A stretch of DNA of 64,000 bases. It comes from the human T2T-CHM13v2.0 reference genome, Homo sapiens. A program made the position numbers and the translations under genes. The first letter of the stretch is position 1, and each line of letters opens with the position of its first letter. This document shows, piece by piece, positions 17,319 through 30,720 of this stretch. The stretch lies in assembly GCF_009914755.1 (NCBI RefSeq), contig NC_060930.1; one strand, written 5' to 3'. The notes below the pieces were generated by a model. It was not told the DNA's origin, did not search any database, and saw nothing but the letters and a program-made list of their open reading frames with translations.

Positions 17319-18669
17319 GGATTCTTAAAAATAGAAGCAACAACTATAAGAATTGAAGGGGTTGCCTCTGAGGAACAGAAAGTAGTGTGAAGAAAGATGT
17401 GGAAAGGGATTGCTGGTTCATAGCCTAAAACTTTCAGGACTTTCACATTTTAAACTCTGTACCTTGAAAAAATAAGCTCTGTGTTCATTATTCCTTTGGA
17501 TGGTCAGCTGAAACGTTCTAAACCATTTCCAGTAAGGATCAAACATGCCATAATGGTAATACTTGCAAGACAAACAAAATACTCCCAAAAAAACTGAATT
17601 ATACTGGCCTTGTACTTATTGAGCAAAGTCCAAATCTCTTTGACTGCCTAGAGCACCAGCATCACCTGATAAATGGCAAAGTTGGCTCTCATTTTGCTTC
17701 TTGTTGATTTGTCCTTTGAATTGTATACACCATGTAAATTAACCATAGGAAATCCCTCTAAGTGTTATTTTTCTCTTGCCAACTACTGTGTGATTTTGGC
17801 TTTAAATATAGGAACATCAGCTACTGGATCACAGGGATGTGGGTTCAAAGTTCAGCTACTAGAAACAATTTGCTAAGAGAGACCTAAGAACAAAATAAAG
17901 TTATTAGAGTGTAACGGGCATAGAGTTCCACTTTCCACCTTCATTTTTACTGTTAACTAATATCAGCCATGTGACAGATGCCACCTGCACCTTCCATACC
18001 TCTCATTTAAAAGGCATTTTTGGGAGATGAGTAATGAAGGGAACAAGAGCTTAGCTGTTGGGATCAATCTGAGAGAAAAATAGCAAGACATCAGGTCTCA
18101 TTGTAAAGAAAATCTTTAATTTTCTCAGAGTGGCCTCTTTTGCCCCCAGTTCTTTATAACATTCACAGGCAATGCCTTGGTCCCATTCTTTTGTTGTTCT
18201 GTTGTTTTGGATTTTTTCACTGGTATCTAATAATGTGCAGACCTGCCATATGCTTCTAGTTCTACAGGAGTCTTGCTTTCAATGTATCAAAAATCATATA
18301 TGTGTGACATCTTCTATGGAAATTGTTTAATTAAGGCAGCCGTCTGTGTCATCACAACATTAGAGGATCTCTGGGCATCACTACTACAGAAGAAGCTGCA
18401 ATCCTAAATCCATGTGTTTTCCTTAATTATTCTAAATCACTCTATAAATTGTGCAGGTATAATATTTGCAAAGATTAACATTTCAAGATGATGCAACAAT
18501 AGTTGCATTATATAAGATGTCAAGATACTTAGCACAAATTTCCACAGATTTGTAGATTAAATCAGCATGAGCCATGTAATGAAGGCAAGGAACTTTGGTT
18601 CAATCATTTAAACCTTCCTCAAAAATATAAAAAGTCCCTCAGTTTCTACCACTATATTTTTCTAGTTTT

Positions 18670-19215
18670 TTTATGTCACTTTCTGAAATTTCATTGAAGT
18701 ACAATGTGCATGCAGAAAAGAGCACATATCTTAGGAGAACTGAGCACACCTGCATAACCAGCACTCAGATAAACAGAGCAGGACCTCCTGTGTACCCCTT
18801 CGCAATCACTATCCCATAAGGATAACCACTGTGCTACCTTCTAACAGCGTAGAATAGTTTTCCCTGGTTTTTGTACATTATGGAAATGTACTCCTTGGTG
18901 TCTTCTTTTTCTCACTCAACGTTATTCACATGAAGTTCATCCATGTTGTTGTGTGTAGCTATATGTACTATTGCCATATAGTATTGTACTATGTAAATGG
19001 TGTCACAAATTTTCTGTTTATTCTACTGTTTCTGGGTATTTTGGAATTTCCAGCTTTAGTTTATTAGAAACCAACATATAGTACATATCTTTTAATGAAC
19101 ATATATAAGCATATATTTTGAAAATATACCTAGGAGTGTGTAGTTGTATCATAGGATACTTAAATGTTCAGCTTTCGTAGAAACTTCCAGTTTTCCCAAG
19201 TAGTTGTGTGAATTT
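18670..19215 (-). mobile_element. Old L1ME/MC 3' end fragment
   Basis: ctcactcaacgttatt...ttcatccatgttgttgtgtgtagc...atatacctaggagtg, a typical antisense L1M 3'UTR. Confidence 0.7.
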
Positions 19216-19358
19216 TTAACTTTTATTTAGCATACATTTATTCAATGATATTCTCAGGAAAAGGAATATTGTTAGATCACATTTTCTTCATTATGGATTT
19301 CACAATCATGACTGATGTGTTATGTACTAGGGATGTGGCCCATTTAAATGAATTGGTC

Positions 19359-19662
19359 TGCCAGGCATGGTGGCTCATGCCTGTAATCCCAGCACTTTGG
19401 GAGGCCGAGGTGGCAGATCACCTGAGGTGAGGAGTTCAAGATCAGCCTGGCCAACATAGTGAAACCCTGTCTCTACTAAAAATACAAAAATTAGCTGGAT
19501 GTGGTGGTGCGTGCCTGTAGTCCCAGCTACTCAGGAGGCTGAGGCACGAGCATCGCTTGAACCCAGAAGGCAGAGGTGGCAGACAGCCAAGATTGTGCCA
19601 CTGCACTCCAGCCTGGGGGACAGAGGGAGACCCTGTCTCAAATAAATAAATAATAAATAAAT
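19359..19662 (+). mobile_element. AluS-like
   Basis: Full dimer, (AAAT)n tail. Confidence 0.93.
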
Positions 19663-20519
19663 AGGTTTGTCACATAAAATAAAATGTTTTGATTAATCTA
19701 CTATAATAAAAAAGTTTTCTCTGAGGGGACTGGAGTAAATACCTGGCCATTAGAGATGTTTGCAGACTCATTAAAAAGAAAGAAATTTACCAAAATCTAT
19801 ATGGGAAAGTAAGGTCGGGCAATCTCTCAAATGAGCAGTTCAGATGGAAGCTTTTCCAATAACAGTCTTCAAGCAGTCAGCAAGTCTCCGTGGAGGGATT
19901 CTATGACTGACAGCCAGGCAATCTGAGATATTGTCTCAACTCCACCAACTTTGTATAAACCTCTTCATTTATCTGAGCCCTTTTTTTCTCACCTACAAAA
20001 CAGGAATCTTAATTCACACTTTGATGGTGAGGATCACATAAAAATACTTTGTCTTATGTATGCCAGGTGTAATTATATGAAATGGAGAGAGTTGATGTTT
20101 TACATCAAAGAGCTATAAACATATTCTTAGATCATGGCATAAATCCGTAGGTGTTTTGCAGCTATACACCTAGAGAGTACATTTTCCCCATCTTGTTTTA
20201 GTTCTGCTTCTTGATATCACTATCTTCATTTTTAGCATTAGAAGTATTACATAGTTCAAGGATTTCATTAATTCAATCACTAGCATACCCTGGTGTTCAT
20301 TAGTTAACTAGTTAGCTTACTAGTTGCATAATGGATTTTCATTAGTCCTTTGCTTCTCCCTTATCAAATATTGATTAAAGATCAATCTCTAGAATGTATG
20401 CTCATGCTCAAGTCGCTCACCTAACTACTATCTTGGATATTAGCATTTAACCAGTCAATCATTACTTTTTGTTTTGGATAATATAGTATCTTTCCCTTAC
20501 CAATTCAAAAATTACATTA

Positions 20520-20975
<456 letters not shown>

Positions 20976-21027
20976 TTATCAGGGCTAAGTATAAGAGGCA
21001 AAAGATTCTTCATGTGTAGTAACTTAA

Positions 21028-21198
<171 letters not shown>

Positions 21199-22537
21199 TA
21201 GGTATCAGTGTGACAGCTGCCACTGTAGTTGAGTCTTTTCAAGTCTGTTAAACAAACCATACCCACACACACAAAAAAAGGTGTTAATGTTTGGCTTCTC
21301 TTATTCTCTGTTGCTCCTAGAGAGATTCAAACCTATTTAGTAGCAGTTCTGGCACAAAACTAAATGGAATCAGTATCATTCCTCACAATCCACAGACTGG
21401 GGTTAAAGATTAAAATAATGTAAATTTTATAGAGATTTATTTTTACTATTTCATGCTTACTTTCTAATGTCTCATTTCGTAAAGCCCACCAGCATCCTAA
21501 AGGTAAGCACCACAGTTCTTGAAAAACAAGGATTATTTATTTTGCACCCATCGCCTGACCCCAAGAGATGAGTGCTTAGAGAGTAATCCATCTTTGTACG
21601 TTTAGATCTCTCAAAGCCATTTCTCATCTGGATCCTCTCTGGATGGTCCTCAAGCTTTTACTTGCAGATCAAACTCACATCAGTGGCAAAAAAAGAGAAA
21701 AATAGGAGTCCTAATAGGATTATAGTTTACAATGAGGCAATGGGACCCAGCGGATTAAAATTTGGAATTTGCATTCACAATTTTAAAGTAAGACTACTTT
21801 TCTTCACATTTCATTGGCCAAAGTAAATCACTCAGCCATGCCTAAATTCAAAGAAAATGGGGAAGTACAATTTTACCTTTTACCATGTGCCTAGAAGCAG
21901 GCAAGAACCAAGGACATTATGGACAGTCCTAATGATTACCACAGAGATCTGTAATTAAAAAAAAAAAAAAGGGCTTAGTCTTGGAGTCTTGGAAACCTGG
22001 ACTCCAGTTCAACTATCACAGAAAATGTTAAATCATATTCACCACCTAATTAAAGAAGTCCTCATTGAAATACCGAAGCAGTAAGTCATGAGAAAGGCTT
22101 TCTGTGAGTCACCCAGCTTGATTAGCGTAGTCAGTTCCTCAGGTTGTTCAAAAGTTATTAAATTGCTCATCCGACATTTGAGAGCACCAGCTGCTTTTCT
22201 TCATAGCCCAACAAAACCTTAATCCTAGTGGCTTCATGGGATTCGGGACACCTAACTACTGTGACTCACAAAAAACCACCTGTTCGTACTGATCTTGGGA
22301 GATATCAGCTGAGGAAACCTCCATGACATTCCCTGGCAGTACCGTCTTAATGGAGGTTTGTGATGCAGCAGAATGCATACCATTGGGAAGCACCAGATCC
22401 ATCATTAACTACATTACTTCCCTGTTCTGCCCTTGGCCTCAGTTTTCCCACCCACAAAGAGAAGGACAAGAGTTGGGCAAGATGATTCCTAAGCTCTAAT
22501 GGGAAATGCCTCCTGGTGGGTGGTATCTAAAATTCTT

Positions 22538-22558
22538 GTCAGCACCTAGGACAGAGAT
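22538..22558 (+). promoter_or_regulatory. RE1/NRSE (REST-binding) motif
   Basis: GTCAGCACCTAGGACAGAGAT: perfect TCAGCACCnnGGACAG core with canonical 2-nt spacer. Confidence 0.65.
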
Positions 22559-23639
22559 ATTCATAGCACTCCAGGGATTTCAGAGAGGATGGAACCTTAG
22601 CATGGATAGAAGCATGGATGCTGTTGAATGCATGTTTGGATTAAAATCCTCTTTTCATTTAGATCTTGAAGTTTAGTTGAACTTTTTATGGAGTTTAAGA
22701 CCCTTTCAACATTTTGATATCAAAAAACCGAAAATAGAACCTAACTCCTGTGCCATTTATTCCTTGGGAGTATGAACCAAAAATAAAAATTATATAGAAA
22801 TTGTATTTCTTGTCTTCATGAAGTTTGCTAGGTAAATGTAAAAAGGGAATCTGAGTAGGAAAACTGATAGAGAATTCTCAAGTGACAGAGGAGAGTGGTC
22901 TATTATCATATGTGATTATTTGGCTTCCCACTTACTGCAGTTTTTGGATTAAAAGTCATTAAAAGCCTGGAAAAACTGTTTAATAATGAGTCAAATTCCC
23001 CCAGTAAATCAACTATTATTTTATTCACATAAGTTCTTTCTACTCCTCTGATATTTTCCCTGTCTTAAGTGGGGGTGGAGGTGGAGGAGGATTTATGCAA
23101 ACACCTGTGTTCCTCATGTCCTACTGTGCCTTTCCCTCACTTTCCTTTTCCTGCAAACTCATGAACCATGGGGCTCAGCTCCATTGAATGAAGAACAGTT
23201 ATTTGTCCAGAATGACACAGCAGTCACTGGTAAAGTTCATGGGAAACTAGATGTCCTAACATCTCTCCCCTTCCAGTGATGCTTCATTGCTTCAAAATGC
23301 AGAGGTTCTTAATCCTTGTTGATGTTTTTTGTTAAACCATTGAGAATGTGATGGAAATTATGGGGTCTTTCCCAAGAAAGATAATCAATGCACGAGAAAA
23401 TCAATACTTTGCCTACAATTTTAATGTATTCACAGAGTCCCTGAAGCCAAGTTCAAACTTTTGTTTTACAAAGCAAACTTGCTTTAATCAAGTGACAATA
23501 ATTTTCAGTGACTTAGAGGGATCTTTTTACATTTAAGTGGCTTACCGAATGGAGAGTGTTGTAGTAAGAAACAGACTACAATTACTATTTTATTTACATT
23601 GTGTATTTTCCTTTAGCATTCAGCCTAAGAACTTCTGAT

Positions 23640-23930
23640 GGGAAAGATCATTTATTCAGTCATGTATGCATTCAACAATTACTCATTGAGCACCTATGAT
23701 GTGCAAGGCATAGTTCTAGGCACTGAGAATGAAGCAGTTGGAGTAAAAAAAAAAAAAAAGTTAGAATCTCTGGCCTTGGGAAGTATGTATTCAAGGGATG
23801 TTGGGATAGACAATATAAATAAATAAATATAGGATATGTTAGATGGCATTAAGTGCTAAGGAGAAAAGTAAAATAAAGAAGGAATTTAGGGAGCATCAGA
23901 GGCTATAATTTCAAATAGGTGGCCAGGGGG
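23640..23930 (-). mobile_element. L2 3' end fragment
   Basis: cattcaacaattactcattgagcacctatgatgtgcaaggcatagttctaggcactgag. Confidence 0.75.
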
Positions 23931-25105
23931 AAGATCAATTTATCAACAATATCATCATCATCATCATCAATGTTACTGTTATCATTAAAAAACACCAGCC
24001 CCATGCTCTTGTTCCCCAGTTTTAAAGACATAGTGGGATGCTTTGATTCCACTAAACAGGATGAAAGAGAGGTCTAAGAAACAGCTGTGCAGGGCAGAGA
24101 GAAATGGGAGGAGGGACACTCAAACCTGCCAGGGATACAACCAGCAGTTCCTTACTCTCTCTTTTCAGGTCTGGTTTGTCTCTTACATACACTCTAGAGG
24201 TCTTAGCAATTCTATTTCAAAGTTTTATTTTAATAACAGAAGGATGTATAGAAGCAAGTACTTTTCTTGATTTTCTCCTCAAAGAGAGTGAAGCTGCAAA
24301 GGGCAAAACACAGGTAAATATGCTATTTAGGGAATGAGTCAGAAATTTTATGAGGCTATGGGGAATTATCAAGCTCCAAAAACACCTTGTGGTACCTTAA
24401 GAAGTGGGGATTTGGAGATTATCTAACCTAAAGCCTTTGATTTACTCATAAGAAAACCAAAACCTGCAAGCAAATAAGGTGCCTGCCCAAAGGCACACAG
24501 CTCGTTTGCAAAGAGTACAGACCCTACACCATGGTGCTTAGACCTACATTTGCTAAAATGAGTTATTACAAATGCCACCCAACAGTATAGGCTAAAAGAG
24601 TTTTGGTAAATATTCTATGTACCTTATTTACTCCAAGGAAATTTAGATTTTATACGATACAAAAAAAAATCTGCCTCAGCAAGTGACTGAGATACAATTC
24701 ATTAATGAATCCAGGTTTAGAAACCAAAGTCTGCCAGATGCACAGAGAACAGTTATGTTGTAACTAGCAACATTCTAAGAGCCCTTGCTAATTCTGGTTA
24801 GATCAGAACCACTTTTTCTTAGCCATGGATAGCTTTGGCTAATGAAAAGTCTATTGTTTTTTATTCTATGTGGGCAGTCTTGGCTTTGCCAAGTAAATGT
24901 TGTGCTATCTCTGGTCTGTATCACAAAGAATATATGTTAGCAAGTTGAGTACATTTATTATAAAGAACACTGCTTTTGTGGATCTTGCATGAAAAGAGTT
25001 ACTTAAGGTATTTGATTCCCCAATCTCCAATTTGGCCATTATCAAGTGCTATAAATATATTCACTGGTTTATCATCATTTCTCTTCTGCCTGCACGCACC
25101 TGAAG

Positions 25106-25132
25106 GAAAGAACAAGGGGAAGCATCAAGCAG
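25106..25132 (+). CDS. KCNQ5: KCNQ5 alternative 27-nt microexon (~exon 9)
   Basis: cacctgaag|GAAAGAACAAGGGGAAGCATCAAGCAG|gtttgt; phase 2/2; gives (K)KEQGEAS(S), recognised from the canonical KCNQ5 protein. Confidence 0.95.
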
Positions 25133-25553
25133 GTTTGTGATTTCTCTCTTGCTACATGTTTGTTTATAAATCTGATACCTACCAGGTGTTTTAAATGTGT
25201 CTCATGTGAGTAAAATCGATCAACAAATACAAGATGATTAAAAGTGACCTTTCACAAGATTGCCTGCAAAGATTGCTATTTTATTGATATTTCGCCCCTT
25301 AGTATCAAAGTGTCTTTCCCTAACTCACTCCCTGCTTTTTCAAAATCTGCAGGGCATGGAACATTTGGAGGTGGGGGAGGAGGGGAACTGATCTTGGATT
25401 AGTCCTTGCTGTTGTTTTCCCAGACAGAAGTCTTATCAAAGTATTCAAATATGGTAATCTAGAGAATGAAAGAAAGAAATTTTTTTTCTGAATGTAAAAA
25501 GTCCAGGCAGCAGTCTAGGATACACTCCCCTTCACTAGGGTCCTTCTTTTGGA

Positions 25554-25556
<3 letters not shown>

Positions 25557-25611
<55 letters not shown>

Positions 25612-25672
25612 TATATCATATACATATACACATACATACATTATATGTATATGTATATATACCTATACATAT
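25557..25672. repeat. (AT)22 microsatellite followed by degenerate AT/AC/GT tract
   Basis: Uninterrupted AT run 25557-25600. Confidence 0.97.
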
Positions 25673-28380
25673 AATCTTTTTTTTTTGGCAAGATGAAACC
25701 ACCTCTCTGTGACATCTCCAGATCTCCAGCCCACTGAGTGCTGAGGTCTACTCAAGTGACTCAAAGAGCCCCATCCCCATCTTTTAGGAAGAAGACAACC
25801 CTCCCAAAAATTCCCCAAATAATTTATTATCAGCTTCCCATGACTTAGATGGAATGCGTCGTCAGATTACAGCAGAGAATTAAACCTAGAGGGAATACGA
25901 GGTGAAAGAAAAATTTCTTGATCTGTGTTAATGAGTACCAGGAAGTGCCTAGATTTGAGAGCAAAGCCCTGAAAAACAGAGCCAGGTGGAACCCAGTATT
26001 AATGATGTGAAGAGTGGCAGAGGCAGAACCAGCAAGGAGAATCCCAGGTGCCTGGAAAGGAAGAAGAGATACATTTTTTTTCCTATCATTGTCACTGTGT
26101 TTCCATAAAGAAATGAAGGCATCCACCTACCCAGAGTTGGTCCCTAAGTGGAGGCCAGTGTGGGCCCAGGGATTGTTCTTTTAGCTTAGTACTATTATAA
26201 TAATTATATTAATAATAATATATTTATGCAATACTGAAGCCAGTTTTGAAAGTTCACTTGGTGTATTAAGGCTCTGGATTATCCATTTTTGCATTATGTT
26301 TATATGTAAAGATAAACAAATGAAAACATAAATGCATTCGTCTATGATGGGAGATAGGCACGATAGGATATACAACATCAGGCACATCTTCTGCGTAGGT
26401 AACCTACCCAAGGGATGGCATTAAAGTTCTTTCTCTTATTTGGTAGCATAGAGTTAGAGCCAAGGGCATTGGATATTCCTTGGAGATATTTCCAGAAAAA
26501 AGTCATTCTTCCCCACCTAAGAAACGTTTTTGACCAAAGAGAGGTTCTAGTCATTAGATTCGGAATAGTCTTTGCCTAGACACTGGAAGAGACAAGCTGA
26601 CCAATTCTAGACTTTTAGTCCATTTTCTAGATTCCATACAGAGCTCACCATCCTTCTGTTGTGACAATTTTACTTGAAAAAAGTTACACAAAATAAATCA
26701 TAGCCATTTTAAGGTAGCTTATAGTTGCTTTGGTGATATTTTAAAAGCTTTCATTGTCTCAGGAGCTTTCCATTTACTAATTATCTCAAAGGGTGATCTG
26801 CCTCCAAATCCAAAGGACAGAGACCATCTTTGGCACAAATTCCAGAGCTACCTGAGAGTGCGATCACCCATCTTAGTTTCATCCTCCAAAACGGAGCTGT
26901 TAACACCTAAAAGAGAAGTTTGTAAATGACATGGAGGTGCTTGAATAAGTGTAAACTCTATGGCAATCCTGAAGGAGGGGACACCTTGGGCTGGCACAAT
27001 GATATTGTACTGTTTTTAAATGTTAGCACAGCAGAAAACAAAGACAAAATTAAAGTGTCACTGTTGAGCTTCTGCTCACTAGTCCAAAAACAAGCTTCCT
27101 ATTCAGTTATCACTATTCAAAAAAACTACCAACCAAATTTTCCACATTTATGATGTTCGCATATATCTACGACATTTACCTCTCTGCATGCAGCAGACTG
27201 AGGTTGTCAAAGATAACTCACCCATAGGTTTAAATATGTACAAAACCACTGAAGTGGGTTGATGACTTAGAGAATCACACATGGAAATTTCTTGCTTCTC
27301 TGTGGTCATTGAACATTTGGCAAAAACCACCTTGAAATAAGTCCTGCACTATTACTTAGCCTAGATTCATTATTTAATATCTTATATTTCATACACTTAG
27401 GTGTCCTATCTTCCAACTAGCTGTCACATCACCCTGGGTAAAGCTATTACAGAATGTGCTCAATAAATAATTCTTGGATAGAGTAATAAAATGGCCCTGA
27501 CCTCAAGTAGTTTGTGGGAAGAGATAAAACACCAACAAAAAATGGGAAGAGAGGAGAAATATAAAAAGAGAAATAAAAAATTAAAAACATTGCAATAATC
27601 TAAGGAAAGTAAGCTGAAGCTCCCATTTAATATTATGTAAGCTTTCACCTTGTTGTGCTCCATACACAGAATTTATAATCCTGCATAATGAATGCAGAAA
27701 GGCTATTGTAATAACAATAGCAACAGTACCATCTTAGAAAGTAACAAAGTTGTCCTTACCCAAGCAAAATATCACAAAGTAAAATGCATTTATAATGAGA
27801 GTTCTTCCTTACAGAAGAGTAGATCTGGGTCCAGAGTATTGTTAATTAATGCTTGACCCCATTTCAAAGGAACTAATTAACACCACCCAACTGCAGAGTA
27901 ATTTACTGCCTTTGGGACCACTGAGTTATTGATGGTGAGTCAGAAAGGCAGAGGAGACAAGCTTCAGCCCAAGCAGGAGCCAACATTTTCACCTTTTAGC
28001 CCAGAGCTTGGAATCTCCTAAGTCCTTCTTCATGGTTTTTCTTTGTGTTACAAACTGAGAGAAACCCAAGTGTAGATGAACTCAACACAGCAGCCAACAT
28101 CCGCCTCTGGGTGCCTGGCACTCTCACCAAAGGACGGAGCCATGACTGTAGAGTGGGTCATACACAGAGAGGCTTTTCTTTCTGCAACATTGATTAAGAT
28201 GTCGAACACATTTATAGAACCCTTAGTTAACTACATTCCCGGCTTTGGAATGTTCTTGTTAAAAAGGGATTTTGTCTTTCTACACTGAGGCTAGGGTATG
28301 TTTAAACAAAATTTGCCTACGATGTCTTGGGCTAAGGAAAAATGTCACATTATTTATGACAGATCCAAAACTTTTCTTTA

Positions 28381-28706
<326 letters not shown>

Positions 28707-30406
28707 TCAATCTGAAGAAGAGCTTTTTAAATATAGCTCAACTGAGCAATAGTGAAAATACTGTTTCATCAGTTCTTTTTGGTACATTCAGGTACAAATT
28801 ACTGTTAGTCTCAACTGAGCCTGCTGTTTTTTCCTCTACTCCAATCATAAAATACTTCTTTAGCATCATTTAATCACTCATTTCTTTTCCTCTGAATTCC
28901 CACTAAAACAGTACTAATCTCATATATGTGGTGGTAAATGTGTTTATTGATTTCATTCTATTAAAAAATTAGTTGGAAAAGTCATTTTTAAAATGGGACA
29001 AGTTTTTTTCTGTTTTGATATAAATTGTCATTTTCAGAGAACTGAATTTACCTCTGAATCCATCTGTCCAGAATAAGCCAATATTCTCACCTTGAGGTTT
29101 TATGTGGTTCTCCCTTCCTCCTTGACCAGATTATCAAATAGTAGTCAGTCATCACATTGATACAAGAAGGCTTTTCCTTCTATCTACCTAAGTTTTATTG
29201 CTACAAAAACAGATTATATTATCTGAGGTTTTGAGATTATCTATACATCTTGCTGCCTCTAGTTACTCTGTCTTCTTAATCAACAATGGTTGGCTATATG
29301 CCTGCTTGATACTTAAGCTTCCTTAATGGCAATTTTAAAAGCTTTGCTAGAACCCTTTCAGATTTCTGAGTAGACTAAAGTTGCTTTACCAGGTACCTGT
29401 GAGACTGTTGTAAAGATGCATGTCTTAAACGTTAAGGCAAAAATGATATTTTTATATTACATTACACTCTTGTGCTGTGAGCCACCGAGTGCTTTTTCTG
29501 AACCACTCCTGTGTGGTTGGCTTTTGGGGGAAGGGGGAGTTCTGAAGCTGTGTGTGGCTCTTGGAGAGAACTCTAGAACCCTGGTGGAAGACTGTGTGCT
29601 CTTATATTTTTTCTGCATTTATTTTCTGTTATTTCAATTTTCTTTCTTCTGTGTGCAATGAATGATCTGCATGTGTTGTTAAACTAAACTCAATAAGACT
29701 AGATTTTGGTTTTTTTCCAACATAGTCAACTTGTGTCCTTATTGGCAAAATGTTCCATTGTTTCAAAAACAATCTTTCCAAAATGGTCTCTCCTTCTGTT
29801 CACATTTATTGATAGAGGAAACGGATTTAGTCTTCTAACAACACATCATAGGACTTAAAATAAGAAACGTACTTTTCTTTCGTTTCTTACAAACCAGCAA
29901 TCTAGAATCTTTTCTTCTGTTTTGTTGAACATATATTCTATCTGACAATTGGTTACCTATATCAACTATAAATGCAGATGTTTCACACAAACCAAGAACT
30001 TACGTTTTCAAATTTCAACAATTAATGTCATGAATTTATTGATTTCTGTAGTTATTCTTTGAAGTTCTAAAGTACGTTATTAATCATTTATACTATGTGT
30101 TATTGATATTTATTACAGGGGTAGCTATATTCTAAAGTATTTATTCTTACATGCTAACACAGAGACTATCATCATTTGTATGTAATGCCTAGTTCAAATC
30201 CAATTTTTCAACCTAGCCGTTAAGATCACTGGATATCTTTCAAGCAGCACAATTAAACAACATAGTACTCTCTGCTTAAATAGTCTGTGTACTTCTATAT
30301 TAAAAACAATAAAGCCAAATGGCTTTGTTTTTATAAAAGAATCCCTGAGCACTTTCCTATTCGTGAAATGCTTAGTAATGTGCTGCTCTATTTCCCTCAC
30401 TCCTAG

Positions 30407-30463
30407 TAAGTTCTGTAGTAATAAGCAGAAGCTCTTCAGAATGTACACCTCACGGAAGCAGAG
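30407..30463 (+). CDS. KCNQ5: KCNQ5 alternative 57-nt cassette exon
   Basis: ccctcactcctag|TAAG...CAGAG|gtaccc; phase 2/2; KFCSNKQKLFRMYTSRKQ, recognised from longer/muscle-type KCNQ5 isoforms. Confidence 0.93.
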
Positions 30464-30702
30464 GTACCCAGCATCCGGGCTATTGACATGAGATTTGAGA
30501 ATGCCAACTAACCTCAGGTGCATGACCAGGTTACACCGCCACCCCACCTGAGCCCTGTTCAGAGACTCACTCTTTCTAGGGACTTCTTGAATGAGGTTTT
30601 CAACCCGCTTGAAATTTTCCTTGTTGCCTGTTGCCTGCTTTGATACTCTCCACCGCTGGGACAAATAGTCGGCGTCCCGCGTAGAACTGGCAGTCAGCCC
30701 TT

Positions 30703-30720
30703 TGGCGCCTCCTTGTGGTT
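30703..30720 (-). promoter_or_regulatory. CTCF-like motif
   Basis: Minus strand AACCACAAGGAGGCGCCA in a locally CpG-containing patch. Confidence 0.6.

Noticed and set aside
30194-30664. 156-aa minus-strand ORF over the 57-nt exon
   Set aside because: Non-ATG start, no homology; shadow of the sense exon region
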